A stretch of 64,000 nt of DNA from Candidatus Margulisiibacteriota bacterium (GCA_034723395.1 JAYEOW010000007.1:38605-102604); one strand, 5' to 3'; shown: positions 19,550 to 30,936, numbered from the stretch's first letter. Numbers and translations are program-made. The notes: a model not told the origin generated them from the sequence alone.

Positions 19550-20768
19550 TTACAACTATAAAGCGCGCGATAGATACGGGGTCTTGACTACCGGGATAAT
19601 TGATGCGGAAAACTCCAAAGAGGTCGCGCTTCAGTTGGAGAGGAGGCATTATACCCCGGTTTCAATCGAGGCGGTGGAAGAAGAGGGGGTTGCGGGAAAA
19701 CTGAGCGTTTTTTTTAACTCTTTCCAAAAGGTAAGCCCGGACGAATTGGTGGTCTTTACCCGCCAGCTCGCCTCAATTTTAGAAGCAGGCGTCCCTTTAA
19801 CCGATGGCTTGGATGCCCTGCAGGAACAGCTGAAAAACAAGGGGTTCCAGAAGGTTGTTCTGCAGGTTAAAAGGGAAATCGAGGGAGGAGCCTCTTTTTC
19901 GGACGCGCTGGAAAAACATGAGAAGATATTCTCTAAACTGGTCATTAATATGGTCAGGGCGGGGGAACGGGCAGGGATATTGGACGAAGTTTTGGAAACT
20001 GTTTCGACCTTGCTTGATAAAGAAATCGAAACGGCTGGCCGCGTAAAAAGCGCCACCCGCTATCCCCTGATTGTTTCTATCACTATGATTATCGCCTTTA
20101 TGGTGTTGACCACTTTTATTATCCCAAAGTTTGCCAAATTCTTTGCCGCTTTCAAGACGGAGCTCCCTTTGCCTACCCGAATATTAATTTGGTTCAATAA
20201 CGTCCTGGTTAATTATTGGTTCATCATTTTGGGAGTATTTTTTTTGGCGATTTATGTAATTAAAAGAGTCCTTGATACCGATAAGGGGAGATATGCCTGG
20301 GACCGGTTGATGCTTTCGACCCCAATTTTCGGGCCGCTCTTTTCAAAGATATACCTTTCCCGTTTTTCGCGGATGCTGGCGGCGATGATCCGCAGCGGGA
20401 TCCCTATTTTACAGGCCTTGGAAATTACCTCGGCAACCGTGGAAAACAAGGTGATTTCTAAAGTTATATTGGATGTGCGCGATAAGGTTTCTCAAGGCAA
20501 AAGCCTGGCAGAACCGATGAAGGGGAGCAAGATTTTTCCGCCAATTGCGATCTCCATGGTGGCAATTGGTGAGCGGGCGGGAAGCTTGGAAAAAATGTTA
20601 AATAAGGTCTCTGATTATTTTGACCGGGAGTCGGACTATACGGTTAAGAACCTTACTCCGCTTTTAGAGCCGATATTAATTTTTGGTTTAGGGATGATGA
20701 TGCTGGTCTTTGCGCTTGGTATCTTTCTGCCGATGTGGGATTTGGTAAAAGTATATCGTAATTATTAA
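19542..20768 (+). CDS. PilC/GspF platform protein
   Basis: YNYKARD, FTRQLA, AGERAG, LPLPT, LLEP. Confidence 0.93.
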   Translation: MNNYNYKARDRYGVLTTGIIDAENSKEVALQLERRHYTPVSIEAVEEEGVAGKLSVFFNSFQKVSPDELVVFTRQLASILEAGVPLTDGLDALQEQLKNKGFQKVVLQVKREIEGGASFSDALEKHEKIFSKLVINMVRAGERAGILDEVLETVSTLLDKEIETAGRVKSATRYPLIVSITMIIAFMVLTTFIIPKFAKFFAAFKTELPLPTRILIWFNNVLVNYWFIILGVFFLAIYVIKRVLDTDKGRYAWDRLMLSTPIFGPLFSKIYLSRFSRMLAAMIRSGIPILQALEITSATVENKVISKVILDVRDKVSQGKSLAEPMKGSKIFPPIAISMVAIGERAGSLEKMLNKVSDYFDRESDYTVKNLTPLLEPILIFGLGMMMLVFALGIFLPMWDLVKVYRNY

Positions 20769-20790
20769 TCAATATAAGGTAATTTCGGGC

Positions 20791-20818
20791 TTGACACTAA
20801 AAAGGTGTATGATAGAAT
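20791..20818 (+). promoter_or_regulatory. Sigma70-type promoter for the pilin gene
   Basis: TTGACA-N16-TAGAAT with TG extension. Confidence 0.75.
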
Positions 20819-20846
20819 CTAGCCAAAGAGGAGGTGGAGAACAAAT

Positions 20847-21221
20847 ATGCGACGAGGTTTTACATTAATCGAATTGATCATGGTTATCGTTATCTTGGGG
20901 ATTCTAGCAGCTACCGCATTGCCTAGGTTTATCGACCTTTCGACCCAAGCGACAGAGAGCGCCGCGCGCGGGACTTTGGGAGCAATGAGAGCCGCAGTAG
21001 CGATCCAGTACGCCAGTAACGCGGCGTCGGGAAGCCCGGGCATGCCGGCGTCAATTGAGGTTTCCATGTTCCATGATAGTCAGATACCGGAAGAGCCATT
21101 TTCGGACAGCAGTGCTGTTACGCTTAATAACAGTGCGCCAAGTACTGACGGTGTTGGTTGGAGATATGACAGTGTTAATGGACGCGTCTGGATAAACGAC
21201 AGCGATTATTCAGACTACTAA
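20847..21221 (+). CDS. Type IV major pilin-like (MshA-like)
   Basis: RRG|FTLIELIMVIVILGILAATALPRF prepilin motif; own promoter, SD and terminator. Confidence 0.9.
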   Translation: MRRGFTLIELIMVIVILGILAATALPRFIDLSTQATESAARGTLGAMRAAVAIQYASNAASGSPGMPASIEVSMFHDSQIPEEPFSDSSAVTLNNSAPSTDGVGWRYDSVNGRVWINDSDYSDY

Positions 21222-21238
21222 TTAGTAGTTTCAATAGG

Positions 21239-21274
21239 GCAAAGGCTCCGATATTCCGGGGCCTTTGCTTTTTT
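21239..21274 (+). terminator. Intrinsic terminator
   Basis: GCAAAGGCTCCG-atattc-CGGGGCCTTTGC-TTTTTT. Confidence 0.85.
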
Positions 21275-21276
21275 CT

Positions 21277-22089
21277 ATGCATATTATTAAAGCATTTATA
21301 CTTTTTTTGCTAATTGTCAATATTTTTGGTTGCAGCCGGGAGCCGCAGCAACCCAAACTATTGAAATCGATGGCTGAGCTTGACCAAATATATGTTCCCG
21401 CTTTGATATTTACCGATCTAAAGCGGCAGCGGGCCTCAGAAATATCATTGGACAAGCTTCGTTTTGAATGGAATAAATTTCACAACCATTTTTATAATTT
21501 AAAGTTTGAATATGGGGTGGATATTGTCGATAAGTTCTGGAAGGAAGATTTTGATCGGATCGAAGATCTGATTTCATCGGCGGAAGCCCTGGTCATGGAT
21601 AATAAGCTGGAGGAGGCCTTTCAGAAATTAGAAGAGATTAGATCGATCTTTAAGGAGCTGCGGCACCGTAATGGTTTGCCCTATTTCTTGGATGGGATGA
21701 CCGATTTTCACCAAACGATGGATGAGATCCTTGCTTATTTAAGAGGGAAGGGCGAGCTAAAAGATAAAGATTTAAAAAAAATGGGTAAATTATCTGTCGA
21801 AGCGGCATTAAAGTGGCAAAAAGTATCCCAGGCAAAGATTGATGGCCAGGTCTACGGTTTTGATGATGCGAAGATCAAAGCTATCAGGCAGAGGATCAGT
21901 TTTGAGGCGGAAAGCGTGGAGGCTTTTAAGGCGGCAGTTGAATCGGGAGATGAAAATGCTATTTTCCAGTCGGCCCAGGATATAAAACCAAACTATATTG
22001 TCCTATATAAGGCGTTTGGCGATTTTAAACCGATCTTTGATGAAGTAAAAAAGGAAAAATCTTCTAGTCTGCCGGAAAATAGTATATAA
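21277..22089 (+). CDS. Hypothetical helical lipoprotein
   Basis: Hydrophobic N-terminus with lipobox IFGC. Confidence 0.7.
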   Translation: MHIIKAFILFLLIVNIFGCSREPQQPKLLKSMAELDQIYVPALIFTDLKRQRASEISLDKLRFEWNKFHNHFYNLKFEYGVDIVDKFWKEDFDRIEDLISSAEALVMDNKLEEAFQKLEEIRSIFKELRHRNGLPYFLDGMTDFHQTMDEILAYLRGKGELKDKDLKKMGKLSVEAALKWQKVSQAKIDGQVYGFDDAKIKAIRQRISFEAESVEAFKAAVESGDENAIFQSAQDIKPNYIVLYKAFGDFKPIFDEVKKEKSSSLPENSI

Positions 22090-22098
22090 TCATTGATA

Positions 22099-22830
22099 AT
22101 GATCGACAGAATAACCGACTGGGTAAAGCAACAAGTTGAAGGGGCTGGCGCAAAGGGATGTGTATTCGGCCTTTCCGGCGGTTTGGATTCTTCAGTTGTT
22201 GGAGCTTTATGTAAGAAGGCTTTTCCGGAGAGTTCCTTGGGACTGCTTTTGCCGTGCTTTAGCCGCGGAGAAGACCTTAAACATGCCCGTAAGGTCGCGG
22301 AGGCATTTTTCATTAAAACAAAGCTTATCGATCTGGGGCCCGCTTTTGACCAGTTTTATATCCAATTAGAAGGTAAGGTGTACGATAAAAAGGATATGAA
22401 TTTAGCGATCGCGAACTTAAAACCGCGATTAAGAATGATCTCGCTTTACTACCAGGCGAACAAGTTTAATTATTTGGTAGTGGGGACCGGGAACCGGTCG
22501 GAGGCGGCTATGGGATATTGTACAAAATATGGGGATGCCGGAGTGGACCTGCTGCCGCTGGCGCATTTACTGAAAAGCCAGGTAAGGGAGTTGGCCAGGG
22601 AGCTTAACGTTCCGGCCGGGATCATCAAAAAACCGCCATCCGCGGGGCTTTGGAGCGGCCAGACCGATGAAGATGAGATGGGGATAACATATAACGATCT
22701 TGATAAGATCATAATCGGCTTGGAGAATAATGAACTAAAGGGATTAGATCCGAGACTGGTAGAAAAGGTTAAAAAAACTATGGCCGCCAGCCGGCATAAG
22801 CGCTGTGTTCCACCCGCTTTTAAGCCCTAG
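22099..22830 (+). CDS. nadE: NH3-dependent NAD synthetase
   Basis: GLSGGLDS, NLKPRLRM, GTGNRSE, TKYGD, PSAGLWSGQTDE. Confidence 0.95.
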   Translation: MIDRITDWVKQQVEGAGAKGCVFGLSGGLDSSVVGALCKKAFPESSLGLLLPCFSRGEDLKHARKVAEAFFIKTKLIDLGPAFDQFYIQLEGKVYDKKDMNLAIANLKPRLRMISLYYQANKFNYLVVGTGNRSEAAMGYCTKYGDAGVDLLPLAHLLKSQVRELARELNVPAGIIKKPPSAGLWSGQTDEDEMGITYNDLDKIIIGLENNELKGLDPRLVEKVKKTMAASRHKRCVPPAFKP

Positions 22831-22875
22831 ACATTCAATTTGTCTTTTTCCCTCTAATATGCTATATTTGCAGGC

Positions 22876-23793
22876 ATGAAAGACCTTGTTTCTATCCACG
22901 ATCTCTCTTCTCAAGAGATTCAAAAAATATTTAACCTGGCATCTAAACTTAAAGGTAAGCCCGAAAGTTCGCTGCTCAAAGGGAAGAGCCTGGCCCTTAT
23001 TTTTGAGAAGCCCTCGACCCGTACCCGGGTCTCTTTTGAGGTAGGGATGTACCAACTTGGCGGCAAAACTGTCCACCTTTCACCACGGGCGGTCCAGCTG
23101 GGGGAGCGGGAGGCGATCTCCGATGTTGCGCGCACTCTTTCGCGGTATGTAAATGGGGTAATGCTGCGGACCTTTTCCCACAAGAATCTGGTTGAATACG
23201 CAAAATATTCCGATGTTCCGGTGATCAACGGACTTTCGGACCTGCTGCATCCCTGCCAGGCGCTAGCCGATATTTTTACGGTGCTCGAAAAGAAAAAGAG
23301 CTTAAAGGAAATAAAATTCGCCTACATCGGCGATGGGAATAATGTCTGCAACTCACTTATGTTCGCGGCGGCAAAGACGGGGATGGACCTGACGGTTGCC
23401 ACTCCCAGGGGGTTTGAGCCCAGGGAGAGGGTTACGGAGCTGGTTTTTCAAGACGCCAAAAAGACCGGCTGTGAAATCGATATCCTAAACGACCCGGTGA
23501 TCGCGGCCAGGGATGCGGATGTTATCTATACCGATGTCTGGGCGTCGATGGGGCAGGAGAAGGAGAGTAAAAACCGGAAGAAAAAATTCAACAAGTTCCA
23601 GGTGAACGCCCAATTACTTGCTTTGGCAAAGAAGGACACAATTATTATGCATTGCCTGCCGGCCCACCGCGGGGAGGAGATCACGGACAAAGTGTTGGAA
23701 TCAAAGAGTTCCGTAGTCTTTGACCAGGCGGAGAACCGGCTGCACGTCCAAAAAGCGGTATTGGCAATACTCTTAGGAGGGAAAAATGATTAA
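22876..23793 (+). CDS. argF: Ornithine carbamoyltransferase
   Basis: STRTR, HPCQ, HCLP, QAENR. Confidence 0.97.
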   Translation: MKDLVSIHDLSSQEIQKIFNLASKLKGKPESSLLKGKSLALIFEKPSTRTRVSFEVGMYQLGGKTVHLSPRAVQLGEREAISDVARTLSRYVNGVMLRTFSHKNLVEYAKYSDVPVINGLSDLLHPCQALADIFTVLEKKKSLKEIKFAYIGDGNNVCNSLMFAAAKTGMDLTVATPRGFEPRERVTELVFQDAKKTGCEIDILNDPVIAARDADVIYTDVWASMGQEKESKNRKKKFNKFQVNAQLLALAKKDTIIMHCLPAHRGEEITDKVLESKSSVVFDQAENRLHVQKAVLAILLGGKND

Positions 23794-25003
23794 CAAGGTG
23801 GTTTTGGCATATTCTGGGGGGTTGGATACCTCAGTAATGATCCCATGGCTTAAGGAGAATTATGGCTGTGAGGTTATCGCTTTTGCCGCCGACCTGGGAC
23901 AGGCGGAAGAGCTAAAGGGATTAAAACAGAAGGCGATCAGGACCGGAGCCTCGAAGATCTATATCGAAGACCTGCGGGAAGAATTTGCTGACGATTTTAT
24001 ATTTCCTATGCTTAAGTCGGGCGCGATTTACGAAGGAGAATATCTTTTGGGGACCTCGATTGCCCGTCCGCTGATTGCAAAGCGCCAGGTAGAGATCGCA
24101 AAGAAAGAGAAAGCAGATGCCGTTTCCCACGGGGCGACCGGAAAAGGGAACGATCAGGTCCGTTTTGAATTAACCTACAAGGCGCTTGCCCCCGATCTAA
24201 AGATCGTTGTTCCCTGGAGGGAATGGGACCTTAAAGGGCGCGAAGAAGAGATAGAATATGCTAAAAAACGCGGGATCCCGGTACCGGTTTCAAAGCGTAA
24301 ACCGTATTCCTCTGACCGGAATCTATGGCACATTAGTTATGAAGGCGGGGTCTTAGAAGATCCATGGTATGAGCCCAGGGAGGATATGTTCATTTTGACC
24401 CGTTCGCCGGAGAAAGCTCCGAACCGGCCGACTTACGTCGAGATCGAGCTTGAAAAAGGGATCCCGGTAAAAGTGAACGGCAAAAGCTATAAAGGATACA
24501 GGCTGATCGAAAAACTAAATGAGATCGGCGGCAAAAACGGGATCGGGCGGGTCGATATCGTAGAGAATCGTTTAGTCGGAATAAAATCCCGCGGAGTTTA
24601 CGAAACTCCGGGAGGGACGATCCTCTACCTGGCGCACCAGGCGCTCGAGTCGATCACGCTGGACCGTGACACGCTGCATTATAAGCAGCAAGTTGCTTTG
24701 CGTTATGCCGAATTAGTTTATTACGGCCAATGGTACTCGCCGCTGCGCGAATCATTGGATGCTTTTATTGATAAAACACAGCAAGTGGTTGGCGGGACGG
24801 TTCATTTGAAATTATATAAAGGGAACTGCACGGTTGTCGGCAGGAGATCGAAGTATTCGCTGTATCAGACTGACCTGGCGACCTTTGAAAAAGAAGAGGT
24901 CTATAACCAGAAAGACGCGGAGGGCTTCATTAATCTCTTCGGTCTCCCCATGAAGGTCCAAGCTAAGCGTCCCTCGATCCGTCTCGGGACAAGGAGGAAA
25001 TAG
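23786..25003 (+). CDS. argG: Argininosuccinate synthase
   Basis: [34 protein letters not shown]. Confidence 0.98.
   Translation: MINKVVLAYSGGLDTSVMIPWLKENYGCEVIAFAADLGQAEELKGLKQKAIRTGASKIYIEDLREEFADDFIFPMLKSGAIYEGEYLLGTSIARPLIAKRQVEIAKKEKADAVSHGATGKGNDQVRFELTYKALAPDLKIVVPWREWDLKGREEEIEYAKKRGIPVPVSKRKPYSSDRNLWHISYEGGVLEDPWYEPREDMFILTRSPEKAPNRPTYVEIELEKGIPVKVNGKSYKGYRLIEKLNEIGGKNGIGRVDIVENRLVGIKSRGVYETPGGTILYLAHQALESITLDRDTLHYKQQVALRYAELVYYGQWYSPLRESLDAFIDKTQQVVGGTVHLKLYKGNCTVVGRRSKYSLYQTDLATFEKEEVYNQKDAEGFINLFGLPMKVQAKRPSIRLGTRRK
24969..24990. repeat. REP-like hairpin encoding part of the ArgG C-terminus
   Basis: gtccctcgatccgtctcgggac, similar to 36644-36673. Confidence 0.55.
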
Positions 25004-25004
25004 A

Positions 25005-26405
25005 ATGGTAAAAAAGAAATCCAATAAAGCGTGGGCAGGGAGATTTACCCAGCCGCTGGCAAAATCGGTGGAAGAGTTCTCTGCTTCGGTCCATTATGAT
25101 GTGCGGTTGTACAAACAGGATATTAAGCAGAGCATCGCCTATTCCAAAGCTTTAGTAAAAGCGAGAGTTATTTCCACTGCGGAGTCAAAAAAGATCATCA
25201 AGGGGCTTGAAGCGATCTTAAGAGGGATCAAGAGCAAAAAAATAAAGCTTCGCCAGGAGTTGGAAGATGTGCACATGAATATCGAATCGCTCCTGATCGA
25301 AAAGGTCGGTGAAGTGGGGAAGAAGCTCCATTCTGGCCGTTCGCGCAATGACCAGGTTTCTACCGATTTGCGCATGTATTTAAAAGAAGAAGCCTCTGCA
25401 GTCATTGCTTTGATCAAAGATCTGCAAAAAACCTTGTTGGATATAGCCGAGAAAAACATAAAAGTGATCATGCCGGGATATACCCACCTGCAGCGCGCCC
25501 AACCGATCCTTTTTTCGCATCATCTGATGGCTTATTATGAAATGTTAAAAAGGGACAAGAAGAGGTTTAACAATTGTATTGTCCAGGCCGATGTCATGCC
25601 GCTCGGGTCAGGAGCGTTGGCGGGGACAAATTTTCGGATCGACCGGGAAGCATTGGCTAAGGACCTTGGATTTTCTGCGATCTCAAAGAATAGTATGGAC
25701 GGGGTGTCGGACCGTGATTTTGTGGTAGATTTTATTGCCGCTTGTTCGGTTTGCATGATGCATCTTTCAAGATTTTCGGAAGAGCTGGTCATCTGGTCGA
25801 GCTACGAGTTCAGCTTCATCGCATTATCCGACCAGTATGCGACCGGGTCGTCGATCATGCCGCAGAAAAAAAATCCGGATATTCCAGAACTTATCCGCGG
25901 GAAAACAGGGAGGGTTTATGGGGATTTGTTGGGACTGCTAACCCTGATGAAAGGACTGCCGCTAGCCTATAACCGCGATTTGCAGGAAGATAAAGAGGCG
26001 GTTTTTGATGCCTTGGATACTTTAAAAGGGTCATTGAGTATTTTCGAAGAGATGATCGCCGCCACCAAGATTTTGCCGGAAGAGATGACCAAAGCGGCCA
26101 AGAAAGGTTATCTTACCGCTACCGATCTCGCTTTTTATCTGGTAAATCGCGGCGTTCCATTTCGTGAGGCCCATAAAATAGTCGGGAAGATCGTCGCTTA
26201 TTGCGAGGATTCCAACATGGAGCTTGAGTATCTTTCGCTGAAGCAGCTAAAGCAATTTTCAAAAGATTTTACTTATGACGCAACCCGGATATTATCGGCG
26301 GTCAGTTCGGTTGCCAGTAAGGATCTCCCGGGCGGTACCGCTACTAAAAGAGTAAAGGAAGCAATTAAACGTGCAAGAGCAAAGCTACTTCATGATAAAA
26401 CCTGA
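25005..26405 (+). CDS. argH: Argininosuccinate lyase
   Basis: GRSRNDQ, MPGYTHLQRAQP, GSSIMPQKKNPD. Confidence 0.98.
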   Translation: MVKKKSNKAWAGRFTQPLAKSVEEFSASVHYDVRLYKQDIKQSIAYSKALVKARVISTAESKKIIKGLEAILRGIKSKKIKLRQELEDVHMNIESLLIEKVGEVGKKLHSGRSRNDQVSTDLRMYLKEEASAVIALIKDLQKTLLDIAEKNIKVIMPGYTHLQRAQPILFSHHLMAYYEMLKRDKKRFNNCIVQADVMPLGSGALAGTNFRIDREALAKDLGFSAISKNSMDGVSDRDFVVDFIAACSVCMMHLSRFSEELVIWSSYEFSFIALSDQYATGSSIMPQKKNPDIPELIRGKTGRVYGDLLGLLTLMKGLPLAYNRDLQEDKEAVFDALDTLKGSLSIFEEMIAATKILPEEMTKAAKKGYLTATDLAFYLVNRGVPFREAHKIVGKIVAYCEDSNMELEYLSLKQLKQFSKDFTYDATRILSAVSSVASKDLPGGTATKRVKEAIKRARAKLLHDKT

Positions 26406-26805
26406 CGGGGTTTCCCGCGGGCTTTCCGATGAGATAATTAAGAGAGTAGAAGAGAGCGGCCTAAAGGTCGCGAGAAAATATCAGCAACAGATGCAAAAGG
26501 ATACCGCGGCTGAGCTCTATTCCATCCATCAGGGGAAACCTTTCTACAACGGCCTGATGAAATTTATAACCTCCGGACCGGTTATTTGCACTATTGTCGA
26601 GGGGGAGGATGCTATCGTTAAACTTCGGGAAATAATGGGGGCGACCGATCCGAGAGCGGCGGCGGCAGGGACGATCCGCGGGGACCTAAAGGAAGCGGAC
26701 ATATTTACCGCAGATAAAACGATCAAGAATCTGGTCCACGGATCAGACAGCTCCGAATCTGCCGGGCGCGAAATGGCAATTTTCTTCAAGGAGGGAATTA
26801 AATGA
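26371..26805 (+). CDS. ndk: Nucleoside diphosphate kinase
   Basis: IKPDG, GTIRGD, NLVHGSDS. Confidence 0.96.
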   Translation: MQEQSYFMIKPDGVSRGLSDEIIKRVEESGLKVARKYQQQMQKDTAAELYSIHQGKPFYNGLMKFITSGPVICTIVEGEDAIVKLREIMGATDPRAAAAGTIRGDLKEADIFTADKTIKNLVHGSDSSESAGREMAIFFKEGIK

Positions 26806-28280
26806 AAGTATCAGTGCAAAATATCTCCCTGACTAAATTTAAATGCGATCTTCTGGTCGTGAACATATTTGAGAAGGTTAAGAAACCCGGTGGGGCGACG
26901 GGGGTTATTGATGATTCCATGGAAAACCACATAACCAAACTTATTAGTTCAGGAGAGATCGAAGGTAAACTAGGAGAGAAAACGCTAATTCATACTTTTG
27001 AGGGGCTCCCGGCATGCAGGGTAGTGGTTATAGGATTGGGGAAGAGGGAAGATTTTGGCCTGGATAAGGCAAGGGTTGCTTCTGCTGCGGGGATCAGGGT
27101 AGGCAAGCAGGTGAAGGCGAAGAAAGTTGCAACGATTATCCATGGAGCCGGGTTTGGCGGATTTGATATAGCGGATGCCGCCCAGGCAACGGTTGAAGGT
27201 GCGATCTTGGGAGCGTATGAATTCGACGGTAATAAAACTGAAAAAGCTCCGCATCAAGTAAAAGATCTGGTTTTGGTTGAGAAAGACAGGCGAAAGGTTA
27301 AACTAATAAAAATTGGAGCGAGGATCGGAGAGATCGTTGCCAACGCCGAAAATAACGCCCGTGACCTGGTAAATTCCCCATCGAATAAAGTGACCCCGAC
27401 TTATTTTGCCAAATATGCGCAGAAGATGGCCAAAGCAGCCGGTTTAAAATGCACGGTGCTGGATCCAAAAAAGAGAGGGATGGCGGCGATCCATGCGATT
27501 GCTAAGGGGAGCAAAGAGCCGGCAAAAATGGTTGTGCTTCAAACCCGGGCATCGACACGAGGTCCGCGGGTTGCGTTGATCGGCAAAGGGGTCACCTTTG
27601 ATGCAGGGGGGATCTCCCTTAAACCATCCAAAAAGTTATGGGAGATGAAAATCGATATGGCAGGGGCGGCGGCAGTGGCTGAGGTTATGCGGGCGATCAG
27701 CCAGTTGAAACTTAAAAAGGACGTGATCGCGGTTATACCATTAACAGAAAATATGCCGGGGGGAGGGGCGTTGAAGCCTGGAGATGTTGTTTCGAGCCTG
27801 TCCGGGATTACGACCGAAATAATCTCTACCGATGCCGAAGGACGGATGATCCTGGCGGATGCAATAACTTATGCGAAAAGGTTAGGGGCCAAAATAATTG
27901 TTGATTGCGCAACCTTGACCGGAGGGTGCATAACGGCTTTAGGGGAGACCGCTTCCGGGATAATGGGGAACAGCGATAAATTGATCGAAGATTTTAAAGC
28001 GGCGGCGGAAAGGACCGGGGAGAAGGTTTGGCCTCTCCCGTTATTTAAAGAGTATAAAAAATATCTTAGAAGTACAGTTGCCGATCAGAAAAATTGTACC
28101 GAAGGGATGGGTGCTTCCCCGTCGGTGGGGGGGACTTTTCTACATAAATTTGCCGGCAATACCCCGTGGGTCCATCTTGATATAGCGGGGACCGCAAACA
28201 TATCGATTGCCAAAGGATACCTTAAAAAGGGGGCAACCGGAGTGCCGGTACGGACCCTGGTTGAGTTTATAAAATCCTAA
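26802..28280 (+). CDS. pepA: Leucyl aminopeptidase (M17)
   Basis: GKGVTFDAGG, MKIDMAG, TDAEGR, HLDIAG. Confidence 0.95.
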   Translation: MKVSVQNISLTKFKCDLLVVNIFEKVKKPGGATGVIDDSMENHITKLISSGEIEGKLGEKTLIHTFEGLPACRVVVIGLGKREDFGLDKARVASAAGIRVGKQVKAKKVATIIHGAGFGGFDIADAAQATVEGAILGAYEFDGNKTEKAPHQVKDLVLVEKDRRKVKLIKIGARIGEIVANAENNARDLVNSPSNKVTPTYFAKYAQKMAKAAGLKCTVLDPKKRGMAAIHAIAKGSKEPAKMVVLQTRASTRGPRVALIGKGVTFDAGGISLKPSKKLWEMKIDMAGAAAVAEVMRAISQLKLKKDVIAVIPLTENMPGGGALKPGDVVSSLSGITTEIISTDAEGRMILADAITYAKRLGAKIIVDCATLTGGCITALGETASGIMGNSDKLIEDFKAAAERTGEKVWPLPLFKEYKKYLRSTVADQKNCTEGMGASPSVGGTFLHKFAGNTPWVHLDIAGTANISIAKGYLKKGATGVPVRTLVEFIKS

Positions 28281-29446
28281 TGGCCAAAGCCCAGATCCCA
28301 ATATTGAATATTTCCATTTTAGTTATCTTTTTCATGGTTGGGATTGCTGGCGCTACGACTCTCGATAGAGGTATCTCTCCTCAAATAGAAACAGAAAACA
28401 GCGCAGAGTATGAAGAGATCTATCGGATAAAGATCGATAATCGGGTTGGCGGGGTGGTTGAAGTTAGTGGTGATAAAGGGAAGGTTTGGGAGCCGTCCGG
28501 TAAAGTGGTTTATCCGACGGCTAGGGTTAGCAAGACCGGTTATTCGGCAGCCAAATGGGTAGCTCCAGGCGAAGTTGCGGCGGCGGCAGTTAATTCGATC
28601 CATATCAAGACCGGGTCGATCGAGACCGAGCGAACGATCTTTTCAATTCTCCCGAAAGAATTTATTCTTCCTCCAAAAAAATACCGTTCGTTCTTAAGTC
28701 CAAATTCTTCGATTTATACTGATATTAAAGCGGGCACATCTATTTTTGGCGGAGGTTTTTCACCCTTTGTTGGGAATGTGGTCATGCTCTCCGAGTGGGG
28801 GAAAAAGAAAGTCCAACTCCCGGAAAAATATGTTCCAAAGGTCGGGGATGAGTTTTATATTATCGTAACCAGGCCAAAGCGGCTGCCAAAGGAGATCATT
28901 TTTGAGAACCGCTTTGGCGGAGCAATTACGATTAGATATTATTCTGGAGACCGACGGGTGATCGGAGAGGTCTTACGCCCGGTTTCCGGGGTCGGCCGTT
29001 TCGAAGGGAGTCGTTATGTCGATCCTGGCCGTATCCGTGCCAATCATGCAGGAGTAATTGATATCTCGGTCTCCCCAAAAGGGAGTTTAGGGGGATTTCA
29101 GATCGTTCCTGCACTCCACGGGCAGAATATGAATTATGTAAAAAAGATGACCCAATGGATGGTGATCGGTCCCAAAGATGTAACTGATCCGTCGCTTGAG
29201 GGGATCGCCCCATTTTTTAGAGGATATATCCATCCGCAATACTCAGCAGATGATCTGGAGGCTAAAGATTGGGAAGAGAAGCTCCTTTCGCGATATTTAG
29301 TCGAAGTCAGGTATGATGGTGAAGACACGTGGGGGCCGATGCCGATCTATTCACTTAAGCGCAGGTGGCCGCTGCCGAAGTGGTCTAATAGTGTGTTTGA
29401 CTATGTCAGTCATTTTAGGATATTCTTTCCTATTGAAGAGAAATGA
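28280..29446 (+). CDS. Hypothetical exported protein with internal two-fold repeat
   Basis: Signal-like N-terminus; IDNRVGG..GKVVYP echoed by FENRFGG..GEVLRP. Confidence 0.7.
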   Translation: MAKAQIPILNISILVIFFMVGIAGATTLDRGISPQIETENSAEYEEIYRIKIDNRVGGVVEVSGDKGKVWEPSGKVVYPTARVSKTGYSAAKWVAPGEVAAAAVNSIHIKTGSIETERTIFSILPKEFILPPKKYRSFLSPNSSIYTDIKAGTSIFGGGFSPFVGNVVMLSEWGKKKVQLPEKYVPKVGDEFYIIVTRPKRLPKEIIFENRFGGAITIRYYSGDRRVIGEVLRPVSGVGRFEGSRYVDPGRIRANHAGVIDISVSPKGSLGGFQIVPALHGQNMNYVKKMTQWMVIGPKDVTDPSLEGIAPFFRGYIHPQYSADDLEAKDWEEKLLSRYLVEVRYDGEDTWGPMPIYSLKRRWPLPKWSNSVFDYVSHFRIFFPIEEK

Positions 29447-30936
29447 GCAATAAGTTCTACTTAACTACACCGATCTATTACGTGAACGATGTCCCACATA
29501 TCGGGCATGCGTATACAACGATTGCGGCCGACGTTTTGGCGCGTTATAAACGGCAAACCGGCCACGACGTCTATCTCCTGACCGGGAGCGATGAGCATGG
29601 GCAAAAGATCTGGCACGCGGCGCAGGAGAAGAAAGAAGATACGCAAAAGTTTGTTGATCAACTAGCGGAAAGATTTAAGGCAGCGTGGAAGGTGCTAGAG
29701 ATAACCAATGACGATTTTATCCGTACTACTGAAAAACGGCACGTTGAAGTCGTCCAAAATATCTTCGGTAAGCTTTTAAAACAGGGAGATATCTATAAGG
29801 GGGAGTACGAAGGTTGGTATTGTGTCCCTTGCGAGTCTTACTGGTCCGAATTAGACCTTAAAGAGGACCCTGAGGGGAGAAAGCTCTGTCCCGATTGTGG
29901 AAGGGCGACCGATCTTTTAAAAGAAGAGAGCTATTTCTTTAAGCTTTCGAAATATCAGGATAAATTGAAGGAGCATATTGATAAGCACCCAGATTTTATT
30001 CAACCAACCTCGCGAAGAAATGAAGTTTTACAGTTTATTAAGCAAGGGCTGAAGGACCTTTCGGTCACCCGGACCGCTTTTCCCTGGGGGATCGAGGTTC
30101 CCGGCGACCCGAAACATGTGGTCTACGTCTGGTTTGACGCGCTGATCAATTATATCTCTGCGCTTGGCTATCCCGATGGCAAAGAATTCAAAAAATACTG
30201 GCCGGCAGACGTTCACTTAATGGGGAAAGAGATCGTCCGCTTCCACGCGGTGATCTGGCCATGTTTATTAATGGCATCAGGGATTCCACTTCCAAAGAAA
30301 GTTTTCGGTCACGGTTGGTGGACGGTTGATGGGAAAAAGATGAGTAAGTCGAAGGGGAATGTGGTCGATCCTTTAGCCTTAAGTAAAGAGTATGGAGTCG
30401 ATGCAGTTAGATATTTTCTTTTGCGCGAAGTTCCTTTTGGTGTAGACGGAGATTTTTCGATGCAGGCGTTTATCAAACGCTTTAATTCGGATCTGGCGAA
30501 TGATTTAGGCAACCTTTTAAGTCGCACCCTAACTATGGTTGAGAAGTATTTTAATGGGGTTATTCCAAATGGAATATCTGACAATGAAAAATATGGTGTG
30601 GCTGGTGAGACTCATGCACATATGGATTCTTTAGACTTTTCTATTGCGTTAGAGACTATTTGGGAGAAATTGATTAAACCGGCTAATAAATATATTGAAA
30701 TGCAAGCCCCATGGAAACTCTCCAGGGCTGGCGATAATGATAAGCTTGCCGCTGTTATGTTTAATTTATGCGATGTATTAAAGACCACCGCCTTCCTGGT
30801 CTCTCCATTTATCCCCGCGACTGCCGAAAAGATGTGGAAACAGCTCGGGCTGACCGAAGAAATTTCCCTGGATACCAAACTCGATGGAGTTAAGGTAGCC
30901 AAAGGGGCGCCGATGTTCCCGCGGATACAGAAATAA
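29443..30936 (+). CDS. metG: Methionyl-tRNA synthetase, short form
   Basis: YLTTPIYY, HIGH, CVPC/CPDC, YVWFDAL, KMSKS. Confidence 0.97.
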   Translation: MSNKFYLTTPIYYVNDVPHIGHAYTTIAADVLARYKRQTGHDVYLLTGSDEHGQKIWHAAQEKKEDTQKFVDQLAERFKAAWKVLEITNDDFIRTTEKRHVEVVQNIFGKLLKQGDIYKGEYEGWYCVPCESYWSELDLKEDPEGRKLCPDCGRATDLLKEESYFFKLSKYQDKLKEHIDKHPDFIQPTSRRNEVLQFIKQGLKDLSVTRTAFPWGIEVPGDPKHVVYVWFDALINYISALGYPDGKEFKKYWPADVHLMGKEIVRFHAVIWPCLLMASGIPLPKKVFGHGWWTVDGKKMSKSKGNVVDPLALSKEYGVDAVRYFLLREVPFGVDGDFSMQAFIKRFNSDLANDLGNLLSRTLTMVEKYFNGVIPNGISDNEKYGVAGETHAHMDSLDFSIALETIWEKLIKPANKYIEMQAPWKLSRAGDNDKLAAVMFNLCDVLKTTAFLVSPFIPATAEKMWKQLGLTEEISLDTKLDGVKVAKGAPMFPRIQK

